Origin: an uncultured Bacillota bacterium
GTDB taxonomy: Bacteria > Sysuimicrobiota > Sysuimicrobiia > Sysuimicrobiales > Segetimicrobiaceae
DNA: 64,000 nucleotides
NCBI GenBank assembly: GCA_963804645.1
Contig: CAWDRG010000009.1
Location: forward strand, 896,001 to 960,000
Direction: 5' to 3'
The notes below the pieces were generated by a model. The model had not been told where the DNA came from. It searched no databases and worked only from the letters and a program-made list of their open reading frames with translations. Below, piece after piece: positions 26,821 through 36,232 of the stretch. Numbering within the stretch: position 1 is the stretch's first letter; the number at the start of each line of letters is the position of its first letter. The translations under genes were made by a program, and so were the position numbers.

Positions 26821-29451
26821 TTACGATAGGCTTCGCGCTTCACGAACGGCGTCCTCCAGTGTCATGGCCCGCCCCTCGTGCCACGCCGTCGAAAACGCAT
26901 CGTCTCCAAGTTCGGTGCGCGCCGCGCTGATCGGAGCATCGTACGGGTGGTCCGCCGGCGGCAGGGGAGTTTGTAGGACTTCCCGCAGCGCCTCCGCTGC
27001 CCCGAACAACAGCGCCGCGCGCCGTGCCTGCCCCTGCGCGGACGCCAGGCACGCAAAGCCTTCCAGGGCGTACGCGATGCCGCGTTCATCGCGCAGCTCC
27101 TGCCGGATCACGAGGCTTTCGTCGATGAGCGACCGTGCCGATGCGTAGTCCCCCCGGTTGCACGCGACAAACCCGAGGTTGACCAACGCCATGGCCATGT
27201 TCTGCTTGTCGCCGCGCTCGCGCCAGATGGTCAAACTCTCCCCGATCAGCGCATGCGCGGTCTCAAAGTCTCCCTGGCGCTGGACGACGCGCCCGAGGTT
27301 GTGGAGAGAGTTCGCGATGCCCCACGCATCGCCGAGCCGCCGTCTGATTGCCAGGCTTTGCTCATAGGCATCGCGTGCGGACGCGTATTCGCCCTGTCCG
27401 GCGGCCACCATGCCCAAGCCGTTGAGCGCGGCGGCGAGGCCCGCCTCGCTTCCCACTTCTCGCCACAGCGCCAGCGCCTGCCGCTGGAGGCGCTCGCCGG
27501 CGACGAAGTCGCTCTGCCCAAACACGGCGAGACTGCCGGCCCCCTGTAACGCTTTCGCGCGGATGGCGGGCGGGACGTGCTCGCTCCCGCGCAGCAGCGT
27601 CTCCAGCCATCTTCGGCCTTCCACGAAATGCCCGCGGATGAACCAAAACCGCCATACCGCGCCGGCGATCCGCAGCCCCGCCTCGGTGTCGTGGCCGGTG
27701 GTCGCCCATTCCATGGCCGCCCGCAGGTTGTCGTGTTCCGCGGCAAGCCGGTCCAGCCACGCCGCCTGCTGGGCGCCCACCAATTCGGGCTCTGCGTGCT
27801 CGGCCAGCGTGACATACCACTCGAGATGGCGCTTTCTTGCGGCCTCCACCTCTCGGGCGTCGGCGAGCTGCTCCCGACCGTACTGCGCGACGGTCTCGAG
27901 ATAGCCATAGCGAACGCTTCCATGCTGCTCGTCGGTCAGTACCCACGACTTGAGCACGAGCTGTGTCAGCAGGTCCAGCGTGTCGCTGACGCGCACGTGA
28001 CCGCCCTCGCAGATTGCCTCCGCCGCTGCGAGCGTCCATCCCCCTGAAAAGATGGACAAGCGCCGCATGGTGGCCTGCTCCGCGGGCGTCAGCAATTGAT
28101 ATCCCCAGTCCATCGCCGCCCGGAGCGTCTGCTGCCGCGGCAGGGCCGTCCGGTTTCCTTGCGTGAGCAGGCGGAAGCGGTCGCCCAGGCGCGCGGCAAT
28201 CTCCTCAACCGACAGCGTCGGGGTCCTCGCGGCTGCCAGCTCAATCGCGAGCGGGATGCCGTCGAGATGCCGGCACACCTCCGCCACGGCACGGGCGTTG
28301 TCCGGGGTCAGCGTGAAATTCTGCCGGACCGTCGCCGCCCGTTCCACGAACAGACGGATGGCTTCGTAGTCCATCAGATCCTCCAGGGGCGGCAGGTGCT
28401 GCGGATCGGGGAACGACAGCGACGGCACCCGCCACACGGTCTCGCCCGGAACGCCCAGGACCTCCCGGCTGGTGGCGAGTACGCGCAGGCCCGGGGAGGC
28501 TTGCAGCGTGGCCGCCGCTAGCGTGGCACACGCGTCGACCAGATGCTCGCAGTTATCGAGGATCAGCAGCAGCTGCTTGGGGCGCAGCTCATCCATCAGC
28601 ATCGCGTCGAGCGAGCGGCCGGGCGCCTCCCGAACGTCGAGCGCCGATGCCACCGTCGGCAGCACCAAGCCTGGATCGGACAGGGCGCCCAATTCCACGA
28701 ACCACACGCCGTCGGGATATTCCTCAAGCACCCCCATCGCGGTCGCGAGGCTCATTCGCGTTTTTCCGCAGCCGCCGGTGCCTGTCAACGTCAGCAGGCG
28801 GGTCGACGCGAGGAGGCGCCGTAACTCAGCGAGCTCGCGCTCGCGTCCCACGAAACTGCTGAGCGGGCGAGGAAGATGATGCCCACCGATGCGTAGGGAC
28901 CGCAGCGGCGGGAAGTCCGGGGCCAACCCGGGATGCAGTACCTGGAAGAGTCGCTCCGGCTCGCGCAGGTCTTTGAGACGATGCTGCCCCAGGTCGCGGA
29001 GGCTCGTGCCCGCCGGCAGCTTGTCTTCGACGAGGCTCGCTGTTTGACGCGAGAGGAGAATCTGTCCTCCGTGCGCCGCTGCGCAGATGCGCGCGGCCCG
29101 ATGGACGTCAAGGCCGACGTAGTCCTTACCGGCATGCACCGGCTCGCCCGTATGCATGCCCATGCGTACGCGAAGCCCCTCACCTGACGGCCACGGATGT
29201 GCCGCGATCGCCTGCTGCCCCGCAATGGCGGCGGCCACGGCATCCGCGGCACCCGGGAACACGACCAGGAACGCATCGCCCTCGGCACCCACTTCGGTCC
29301 CGCCAAGACGTCCGAAGGCGTCACGGAGAAGTCGATGGTGCTGTGCGAGCACGTCCGCAAACCCGGTGTCTCCGATGCGTTGAAGGAGAACCGTCGAGCC
29401 TTCGATGTCCGTGAAGAGCACGGTGACGGTCCCAGGCGGCAGACCAGACAT
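26821..29451 (-). CDS. Class III adenylate/guanylate cyclase-like domain + STAND NTPase + TPR repeats
   Basis: LFTDIEGST, EGDAF and VRMGMHTG; FVGRERE, Walker A GTGGCGKT, LDNCEH and LDGIPLAIELAAAR; C-terminal TPR-like repeats. Confidence 0.93.
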   Translation of the reverse strand: MSGLPPGTVTVLFTDIEGSTVLLQRIGDTGFADVLAQHHRLLRDAFGRLGGTEVGAEGDAFLVVFPGAADAVAAAIAGQQAIAAHPWPSGEGLRVRMGMHTGEPVHAGKDYVGLDVHRAARICAAAHGGQILLSRQTASLVEDKLPAGTSLRDLGQHRLKDLREPERLFQVLHPGLAPDFPPLRSLRIGGHHLPRPLSSFVGRERELAELRRLLASTRLLTLTGTGGCGKTRMSLATAMGVLEEYPDGVWFVELGALSDPGLVLPTVASALDVREAPGRSLDAMLMDELRPKQLLLILDNCEHLVDACATLAAATLQASPGLRVLATSREVLGVPGETVWRVPSLSFPDPQHLPPLEDLMDYEAIRLFVERAATVRQNFTLTPDNARAVAEVCRHLDGIPLAIELAAARTPTLSVEEIAARLGDRFRLLTQGNRTALPRQQTLRAAMDWGYQLLTPAEQATMRRLSIFSGGWTLAAAEAICEGGHVRVSDTLDLLTQLVLKSWVLTDEQHGSVRYGYLETVAQYGREQLADAREVEAARKRHLEWYVTLAEHAEPELVGAQQAAWLDRLAAEHDNLRAAMEWATTGHDTEAGLRIAGAVWRFWFIRGHFVEGRRWLETLLRGSEHVPPAIRAKALQGAGSLAVFGQSDFVAGERLQRQALALWREVGSEAGLAAALNGLGMVAAGQGEYASARDAYEQSLAIRRRLGDAWGIANSLHNLGRVVQRQGDFETAHALIGESLTIWRERGDKQNMAMALVNLGFVACNRGDYASARSLIDESLVIRQELRDERGIAYALEGFACLASAQGQARRAALLFGAAEALREVLQTPLPPADHPYDAPISAARTELGDDAFSTAWHEGRAMTLEDAVREARSLS

Positions 29452-30039
29452 CTGGGAAACTCCTACCGGGCCGCTCCGTACGGAGAGCGCAACGCGCGAT
29501 CGTGACACGGTGTCCCGTTCGCCTGCATCCTTCGCTCCCCACGCGTTCGGCGGGCGCAGCGTTGCGCGTTCCCAGCGGCCCGTGTCTGGAATTCATGTGG
29601 AGTTTCCCGCACTCCTCCCCCTGCCAGGCTTCAGCCCGGGATGGGGCGTGGACGCGCCTCTCGGCGTGCTGGCGACGGAGCCGCATCGTTGATCGACTGC
29701 CGCGGGGTGCCGATCCCGGCGGTTGAGCGGTCAACGCAGGGTCAAGATTCCGTGCGCTCGGTGAGGGGCGCTGATGCCGCATGCCGTCCGTCACGGGCGT
29801 CCAGCTCCGACACCCGCGCGGCGTCCGCGTTTCGCGGGCGATCTGCGATCGAACCATGAACGGGGCGGCCGTGGAGGTCGTCGCGGACATTGGGGGGTGT
29901 CCACCCGGAGGTGGAACATGCTGCAGAGAGCGTTTACTGGCTGGTACGCTCGGCCGCGCTGCGAGCTCGCCGCCGCTCCGAATGCAATCGGGGCAGAGCC
30001 AACGCGCGCCGCGTGCTCTCGTCACTCAAGCACGCTCGC

Positions 30040-30228
30040 CTACTGTTGGGAGTCTCCGTGCGCGTTGCCGTCCTTGTGAGTGGGCCATGGCTGGGCCACG
30101 TCCGATGGCATCAGGACGGTCCTGGGGGCGTCGTCGTTCGCCATCACCGTGTCCGCCGCCAGGAGAGCTCCCGCGGTGGCCATGACCAGGAGGCCCGGGA
30201 CGATCGTCCAAAACAACTCCATCGACAT
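30040..30228 (-). CDS. Small hypothetical protein with N-terminal hydrophobic segment
   Basis: GGGAGG RBS (fits ATG 30222 best); LFWTIVPGLLVMATAGALLAA hydrophobic stretch. Confidence 0.55.
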   Translation of the reverse strand: MSMELFWTIVPGLLVMATAGALLAADTVMANDDAPRTVLMPSDVAQPWPTHKDGNAHGDSQQ

Positions 30229-30275
30229 CGCCTCCCTTGCGTGCCCATTCTCGTGTTCGGCGCGTGCGTCGCCGG

Positions 30276-30518
30276 CTAGCTCTTCTGAAGCGGCCGAGTA
30301 ACCGGAATAAAGTTGATCGAGTACTGCTGCGCGACGGGGGTCCGGGTGCGTACGGCGGGCGTCGCGGCCGCGTGGAGCGGGAGGACCGTCTCCTGCGTGT
30401 GTGGTTGAAAGTCCCGCGCGTCATCGTCCGCCATGGCGGCGGCCGGTGACAGGTTCCAGCCCGCTCCCAGGGTGAGCATCGCGAGCGCGCCGCTAATCTT
30501 GTTCCAGTAGGGGGTCAT
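30276..30518 (-). CDS. Small putative secreted protein (80 aa)
   Basis: Strong AGAGGAGG RBS; signal-peptide-like MTPYWNKISGALAMLTLGAGWNLSPAAAMA followed by DDD. Confidence 0.6.
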   Translation of the reverse strand: MTPYWNKISGALAMLTLGAGWNLSPAAAMADDDARDFQPHTQETVLPLHAAATPAVRTRTPVAQQYSINFIPVTRPLQKS

Positions 30519-30602
30519 GACGGGCCCTCCTCTTTCGTTCGACTTCGTGCCCATGGTAGCCGACACGGCGGGGCATGACGTTGACACGGATCACGGCTGG
30601 CA

Positions 30603-30618
30603 TGTGATCTTGCTCACA
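30603..30618. promoter_or_regulatory. CRP-family binding site (perfect TGTGA-N6-TCACA)
   Basis: TGTGATCTTGCTCACA between the divergent small genes and the crp gene; a weaker site GTTGA-CACGGA-TCACG lies at 30580-30595. Confidence 0.8.
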
Positions 30619-30742
30619 GTTCTCGTGGGCGGTGACATGGGGGCGGGGCTGGATTGCGCGGCGTTTCATGGCTGGATCCGTCGCGTGCGTGCCGTGCGCG
30701 GTATACTAGGAACGTACGCTGGACGGAGAGCAGGAGGCATGC

Positions 30743-31447
30743 ATGTCCGGCCGGACGATCCTCGCGCACACACCGCTTTTCGTCGGCTTGTCGAGAGCTG
30801 AGTGCGATGCCCTGGCGGCCCTCCTTCATCCCCACCTATATAGGAAGGGTGCCGTCATCTTCTCGGAAGGCGATCCGGGGAGCACCCTGTACCTGATCGA
30901 GGACGGCGAAGTGAAGCTGACGATCCTCTCCCCCGATGGGAAGGAAGTCATTCTGGCGTTTCTCGGTCCGGGCGGGTTCCTCGGTGAGCTGGCGTTGCTG
31001 GATGGTGGCGCGCGGTCGGCGACCGCGGTCGCGCGGACTCCTTCCAGGCTCTTGGTGCTCGAGCGCGAACATCTGCTAAAGTTCCTGGAGGGCCACCCGA
31101 AGGCCGCCGCCTCCATGCTGGCCGCGTTGAGCCGCCGGCTGCGCCGCACGACCGATCTGATCCACGATGCGGTGTTCCTCGATGGCCCGACCCGCTTGAC
31201 GAAGATTCTCCTCCGGTTCGCGGACGTGGAAGCGAAGGACCGGCCTGGCCCGGACGGCGTCTTGGGTATGCCCCGGCTGACGCAAGAGGAGCTGGCCGAG
31301 GTGGTGGGGGGAACCCGCGAGAGCATCAACCGGTGGCTTCGGATCCTGGCCCGTGAAGGGTTGGTGCGCCGCCGCCGTGGTGTCGTGGAGGTGGTCGACC
31401 CGGAAGGATTGCGCAAGCGGCTGCCGAGACTGGTGAATATCGGATAG
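30743..31447 (+). CDS. Crp/Fnr family transcriptional regulator (cAMP-binding type)
   Basis: Phosphate-binding cassette GELALLDGGARSATA; HTH LTQEELAEVVGGTRESINR; AGGAGG RBS. Confidence 0.95.
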   Translation: MSGRTILAHTPLFVGLSRAECDALAALLHPHLYRKGAVIFSEGDPGSTLYLIEDGEVKLTILSPDGKEVILAFLGPGGFLGELALLDGGARSATAVARTPSRLLVLEREHLLKFLEGHPKAAASMLAALSRRLRRTTDLIHDAVFLDGPTRLTKILLRFADVEAKDRPGPDGVLGMPRLTQEELAEVVGGTRESINRWLRILAREGLVRRRRGVVEVVDPEGLRKRLPRLVNIG

Positions 31448-31542
31448 CGTCCGCCGTCAGGGCGCACTCCTCCTATTAAATGTCCGCCGCGATCCCGGCT
31501 TGGCCGAACGGCCGGCGGGTGCGTAGGCGGTGCGGGCTCAGG

Positions 31543-32523
31543 TCACCGATCCATCTTGAGCACACCCGAGAACCACACGAGGGACTGCTGGATCCGCTCG
31601 AAGAGTCGGCTCCCATGAGTGCCGTCGTGCTCCACGGCTTCGTGGGGGACCCCGGCCTCCGTGAGGTGGTGGCTCAGCAGCCGGTGTCCGTAGTGAAGCT
31701 CGAACTCGTCGTGATAGCCCACGTCGAGTCGAATGCCGAGCAGCGCGCGGAGGTTGGCGAGCCGCGGCTGCCACGAGACGACGGGATCATAGCGCAGCCA
31801 CTTGTCCCAGAGTTCGGGGATGACCCTGCCGCTCGGAAACTCGATCGGCAGATCCGCGTAGTACGGAGGCTTTGCCACGTTCGGCGTATAGCAGGACGCG
31901 ATCCCATAGCAGAACCAGGAGTTCACGTTGCCGTTGACGGGGCCGTTGGGTTCTTCCGGGAAGCGTGAGCTGTAGAAGTGGTAGAACCAGGGTTTGTGCG
32001 TGTACTCGAAGTACGAATCGGCGGACAGCAGTACCATGGCGCCGAACACGTCGGGATTGCGCGAACCGAGATGCCACGCGCCGAGGCCGCCGGACGAGAT
32101 GCCGAACACGCCCCGGCTGTCCCGCTCCGGCAGCGTCCGATAAGTCCGATCCACGTACGAGACGATCTCACGCGTGACGTACTGCTCGAAGTTGCCGTTC
32201 ACGGGCGAGTCGACCCACTGGCTGCAGCCCAGCCGGCTCCAGCCGTCGGGCATGACGACGATCATCTCCTCGGCGCCGTGGCTGCGAATCGCGTCGTCGA
32301 GCACGTCTCCGATCGGCGGGCGCAGGGCGCCGTTCTGCACCCACGGGCCCTCGGTCCACCCGGTGGCGCGCCGGCCGAACCCGTGCAGCAGATAGGCGAC
32401 CGGGAACCGCCGCCGCGACTGCGCGTACCCCGGAGGTAGATACACGACAAGATCTCGGCGGGTCGGATCGCCCATCACATTCCCGGCCAGCTGCTGGCTG
32501 TCGATCTGCACGACCTCGATCAT
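31543..32523 (-). CDS. Alpha/beta-hydrolase esterase (Fes/antigen 85-like putative esterase family)
   Basis: VYLPPGY, PVAYLLHG, nucleophile elbow GISSGG and HDGTH. Confidence 0.9.
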   Translation of the reverse strand: MIEVVQIDSQQLAGNVMGDPTRRDLVVYLPPGYAQSRRRFPVAYLLHGFGRRATGWTEGPWVQNGALRPPIGDVLDDAIRSHGAEEMIVVMPDGWSRLGCSQWVDSPVNGNFEQYVTREIVSYVDRTYRTLPERDSRGVFGISSGGLGAWHLGSRNPDVFGAMVLLSADSYFEYTHKPWFYHFYSSRFPEEPNGPVNGNVNSWFCYGIASCYTPNVAKPPYYADLPIEFPSGRVIPELWDKWLRYDPVVSWQPRLANLRALLGIRLDVGYHDEFELHYGHRLLSHHLTEAGVPHEAVEHDGTHGSRLFERIQQSLVWFSGVLKMDR

Positions 32524-32659
32524 TGGTCTCCCTCCCGGCTTTCGTTGATGCACCCGATCGCTCACATGCACACCCCACCCACTACCTCGAGGAGCGCCGT
32601 GGTGTCTCTGTGGCGCCGGCGTCGGAACCGCTGCCGGGCGGCGTTCGAGGTGCGGGACG

Positions 32660-34456
32660 CTACAGGGATGCCTCGAACAGCGGGACCCGGACCATCTCGG
32701 GCACGGCGATCAAGCCCTTGTCGGTGAGCCGGATCGCGGGGATCACACTCAGCGGAAGCAGATTGAAGCCCATGAAGGGCAGCGAGCAGCCCGCCTCCGT
32801 CCACGCGCGCTTGAGCGCCGCCACCTCGTCGGCCACCGCCGTGGCACGATGGTCGGACAGGAGCCCGGCGACCGGGAGCGCGACGTGCGCCCGGACCTGA
32901 CCGCCGCGGACCACCACCACGCCGCCCGCCGTGTCGCGCACGGCTTCCACCGCGAGCCGCATCTCCGCTTCGTCGACGCCGGCCACGATCACGTTGTGCG
33001 CGTCGTGCCCAACGGAGCTGGCGACCGCTCCGTCGGTAAGGCCGAAGTCAGCCAGCAGCCCGTGGGCCGCGCCGCCTCTGTTTCCGTGGCGCTCCAGGAC
33101 CGCCAGAAAGCACAGGTGATGACGCGTCAGGATCTCGTCCCACGCCGCGCCTGCGGGGACGTCGATGGTGTCGTGAATCGTCGCGATCCCGGGCATCGCG
33201 ACGCGGATGATGTGGGCGCGGCAGGGCCCCGGCGGCAGCTCCGGGGTGAGGCGCGGCATCGTGGGGATTCGCACCGTCGCGTACGCGGCGCGCGGGTACG
33301 CATAGCGTTGAGACAGCGCCTCGTCCAGCGCCGCCGTGATCTTCCGGCGCTCGACGACCAACGTGCCTCCGTACCAGGTGTTCTGCGGCTCGAGGTCGTC
33401 GTTCAGCAGGACGATGTCCGCGCGGCGCCCGTGACCGAGGCCGCCGAGCTCGCCGTCCTGTCCGTATCTGGTGGCCGGGTGCAGGGAGCCCAGACTCCAT
33501 GCCGGCGGCTTCGGGACGCCCGCGGCGACGGCCTGACGGACCACCCAGTCCAGCCCGAAGTGAAAGAGATCGTCGGTGTCCCGATCATCGGTGCAGACGC
33601 AGACCCGCTTCGGGCTAGCGAGGAGCTCGGTGACGGTCCGGATCGCCGCCGGAAGGCTGTGCCACGGCGTCGTCGGAGGGCCTCCGCGGAGAAACACCCA
33701 GAGGCCCGCCTCGAGCAGGTCGTCGGCGATCTCCCGGCTGACGGCTTCATGGGTGTCGGTGACTCCGCTGGCGGCGTAGGCCGCGACGAACTCCTGCCCG
33801 TACACGTGTCCGCTCACCGGCAGTCCACGGGCCAGCGCCTGCTGGATGATCGCGTGGGAGCGGGGATCGCCCAGGGCCACTTGAACGAAGTCCATCTTCT
33901 CGCCCAGCGCGACCGCTTCCGGCCAGCGGTCGAACAGCCGGCCGATCACCTCGGGCGTGAGGCTGCCGCCGGCGGTCTCGAACTCCTCGGTGGTGGCCGG
34001 GATCGTGCTCGGTACGGTGAGGAAGATATTCAGAGGCGCCTGCCGCGCGTCTTCCAGCATCCACTCGATGCCCTGCTCGCCGCAGACGTTGCCGATCTCG
34101 TGGCTGTCCGCGAAGATCGTCGTCGTGCCGTTCAGCAGCGCCGCCTCCGCGTATGCGCACGCGGTGACCATGCTGCTTTCGATATGCACGTGCGGGTCCA
34201 CAAGCCCGGGGGCGAGGATGCCGCCGGCGGCATCGTAGAAGCGCGCGCCCGAGTCTCGCCGGCACCGGCCCGCCGGGACCACCGCGGCAATCCGGCCGCG
34301 GTGAATGAGGAGCTCTCGGTTCTCCAGCATGCGATCGGTATAGACGGACAGGATCCGCGCGCCGGTAATCACGATGTCCGGGGGGAGTCGGAACGACGCG
34401 ACCGCGGCGAGATCGCGGGTCAGTGTGTGCAGGGGAGAGACTGAGAACCGGTTCAT
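32660..34456 (-). CDS. ade: Adenine deaminase (AdeC type)
   Basis: [25 protein letters not shown] and [12 protein letters not shown]. Confidence 0.9.
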   Translation of the reverse strand: MNRFSVSPLHTLTRDLAAVASFRLPPDIVITGARILSVYTDRMLENRELLIHRGRIAAVVPAGRCRRDSGARFYDAAGGILAPGLVDPHVHIESSMVTACAYAEAALLNGTTTIFADSHEIGNVCGEQGIEWMLEDARQAPLNIFLTVPSTIPATTEEFETAGGSLTPEVIGRLFDRWPEAVALGEKMDFVQVALGDPRSHAIIQQALARGLPVSGHVYGQEFVAAYAASGVTDTHEAVSREIADDLLEAGLWVFLRGGPPTTPWHSLPAAIRTVTELLASPKRVCVCTDDRDTDDLFHFGLDWVVRQAVAAGVPKPPAWSLGSLHPATRYGQDGELGGLGHGRRADIVLLNDDLEPQNTWYGGTLVVERRKITAALDEALSQRYAYPRAAYATVRIPTMPRLTPELPPGPCRAHIIRVAMPGIATIHDTIDVPAGAAWDEILTRHHLCFLAVLERHGNRGGAAHGLLADFGLTDGAVASSVGHDAHNVIVAGVDEAEMRLAVEAVRDTAGGVVVVRGGQVRAHVALPVAGLLSDHRATAVADEVAALKRAWTEAGCSLPFMGFNLLPLSVIPAIRLTDKGLIAVPEMVRVPLFEASL

Positions 34457-34983
34457 GCGCGGGCTGCGCGCCTCATCTCCGGTGTGCCTTCGCAGCATGG
34501 TAGCAGGGGTAGTCATTCGCGTCAACGTTGAGTCGATCGTTTCGGGTGATGTCGCGGTGGCGCGACGGGACGACAAGCGCCGCTCCCACGCAACGCATCG
34601 GGCGGAGTTCCGGCGAGGCCGGTACACTGCCTGCCCTGACACGCGGCCATGTGAACCGCTCTCGGCCCGGCTCCATGATCGCCGCGGGAGTTGTGTGTCT
34701 TCAGTGGGGGGTGCAAATCGTCGTGCAGCCCCGCCGCGCTTCGGCGCACCCCCCTGGCATAGGCTGGAGCGGCGCAAGCATGCGCCGCGGGAGGTAGGGG
34801 CGCTGTTCTGGATCGATGGAGCTCCGTGCGGGCATGGCTTATCTGCTGAAACAAGCGTATACTAATGGAGCTTCCCCTTCCTTACGCCCGCGACCACGAC
34901 CCCGGCAATCGGTCGGCTCCTCGGAGGAGAAGGTACGCGATCGCAGCTAGCGCGACCGGAATGACTCTCTGAGGAGGACGACC

Positions 34984-35217
34984 ATGGCAATCGACAATGA
35001 ACGGAATCTCGTCTTGGCTACCCTGCGAGATCAGTCAGGCGGCGCGAACAGCTCGGCGTTGTGCGAGCGGCTTGGTCTCGTCCAGGAAGTCGTGGAACGC
35101 CATCTTCTCTACTGTGCGGATTACGGGTTGGCGACCTGGAAGCGCATTCGGAACGGATTGGGCGTCGCGATGATCACGGATCGAGGTCGCGACTACCTAA
35201 CGCGTCAGGGCCGGTAG
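34984..35217 (+). CDS. Small winged-helix DNA-binding protein (77 aa)
   Basis: GAGGAGG RBS; HTH-like SSALCERLGLVQEVVERHL and the wing motif ITDRGRDYL. Confidence 0.7.
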   Translation: MAIDNERNLVLATLRDQSGGANSSALCERLGLVQEVVERHLLYCADYGLATWKRIRNGLGVAMITDRGRDYLTRQGR

Positions 35218-35356
35218 TCTGCGGCGTCGGATTGGTTGTGCTATCCATTGACAGTGAATGGGTCGCGGACAGGCGCGGCGACGCTGTCGATGGGTACGCC
35301 GACCCGCTTTGGGCTGCGGCAGCTAGGCATTCGGCACAGTGTGCGGAGGGATTGCG

Positions 35357-35563
35357 ATGCCAAGAGAACGGCGTGAGGTCTGTAAGGAGTGCGGGCGGGC
35401 GAAGCCTGCGCTCGCGATTGAGCAGGGAGATGAATTTTGCTCGACCGGCTGCGCGCGGCGTCACAACCGGATGGGCTTGGGGGAGCGGACAAATCGTGGT
35501 ACCGACGCGCTGTGGGAGAGCGCAGAGCCCAATTTGGCGCGCGCCCTCGTCGGCAGCCACTAA
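35357..35563 (+). CDS. Small Cys-rich protein (CxxC...FCSxxC treble-clef/TRASH-like Zn finger)
   Basis: CKECG...EFCSTGC; GGAGGG RBS 6 nt upstream. Confidence 0.6.
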   Translation: MPRERREVCKECGRAKPALAIEQGDEFCSTGCARRHNRMGLGERTNRGTDALWESAEPNLARALVGSH

Positions 35564-35636
35564 TATATCGAACATGCGTACCCAAGCCGAGCGGCAGTCT
35601 AAAATACTGGCTCGTTAACCGAGTCGACAAAAACGC

Positions 35637-35665
35637 TTGTATTTACCTGACAAATTTGTCATACT
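35637..35665 (+). promoter_or_regulatory. Putative sigma70 promoter of csp (TTGTAT-17-CATACT) containing the perfect palindrome TGACAAATTTGTCA
   Basis: AT-rich island in GC-rich DNA; 14-bp palindrome at 35648-35661. Confidence 0.55.
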
Positions 35666-35729
35666 TAAGGTTGCATCAGCAGACTGCATAGTCGGTTGGT
35701 AGCCTGGTACGATTGGATGGGTGAAAATC

Positions 35730-35936
35730 ATGGGAGTTGGCACAGTCAAGTGGTTCAATGCGGAGAAGGGTTACGGCTTCATTACCCCGGACGACGGCAG
35801 CAAGGATCTGTTCGTTCACTTCAGCGGCATCGTGGGCGAGGGGTACAAGTCGTTGAATGAGGGGCAGAAGGTCGAGTACGAGCCCACGCAGGGTCAGAAG
35901 GGTCCGCAGGCAAGCAACGTCCGCGTCGTAGGCTAA
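35730..35936 (+). CDS. csp: Cold-shock protein (CspA family)
   Basis: [15 protein letters not shown] (RNP1), DLFVHFS (RNP2) and KGPQASNV. Confidence 0.97.
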   Translation: MGVGTVKWFNAEKGYGFITPDDGSKDLFVHFSGIVGEGYKSLNEGQKVEYEPTQGQKGPQASNVRVVG

Positions 35937-35970
35937 CACACTACAACAACAGACACGCGATCCTGTGTAC

Positions 35971-36009
35971 ACGAGGGGGGCGGTTCAACCGCCCCCCTCG
36001 TAGTATTTT
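35971..36009 (+). terminator. Intrinsic terminator after csp
   Basis: ACGAGGGGGGCGGTT/AACCGCCCCCCTCGT long perfect inverted repeat followed by AGTATTTT. Confidence 0.8.
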
Positions 36010-36232
36010 CACCGACCGAGCGATATTGGCTGTCTCATTTACAACAGGACGCGCGCCTGCGTGACGCCGCGCCAAGGTCCGGTGGGATGCACGTGCGCGA
36101 AAGATCCATCGCGCGCCCGATAGTCTGTGACGGCGACGTCCGGTACGGTAGCATCGACCGACGGTCAGGCTGCTCGCGGCCGCAGGCGTGGTGCGGGTCG
36201 ACGCACGTATCGGTGTTTCGGAGGCAGCGGCG

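Noticed and set aside
26821..29451. STAND-TPR gene as an Avs-type antiphage system
   Set aside because: The N-terminus is a class III cyclase-like domain typical of regulatory STAND proteins; no nuclease, TIR or SIR2 effector is present.
29452..30039. 590-bp intergenic stretch with small palindromes (GTTGAGCGGTCAAC)
   Set aside because: No convincing ORF, riboswitch consensus or CRP-spaced site recognised.
34685..34760. GGTGCAAATC...CCCCGCC with a GGGGGTGC/GCACCCCC stem, resembling a cobalamin riboswitch or tRNA arm
   Set aside because: No GGGAA/ACTG core in the right arrangement, no cloverleaf, and no B12-related gene downstream. An Infernal/Rfam scan would settle it.
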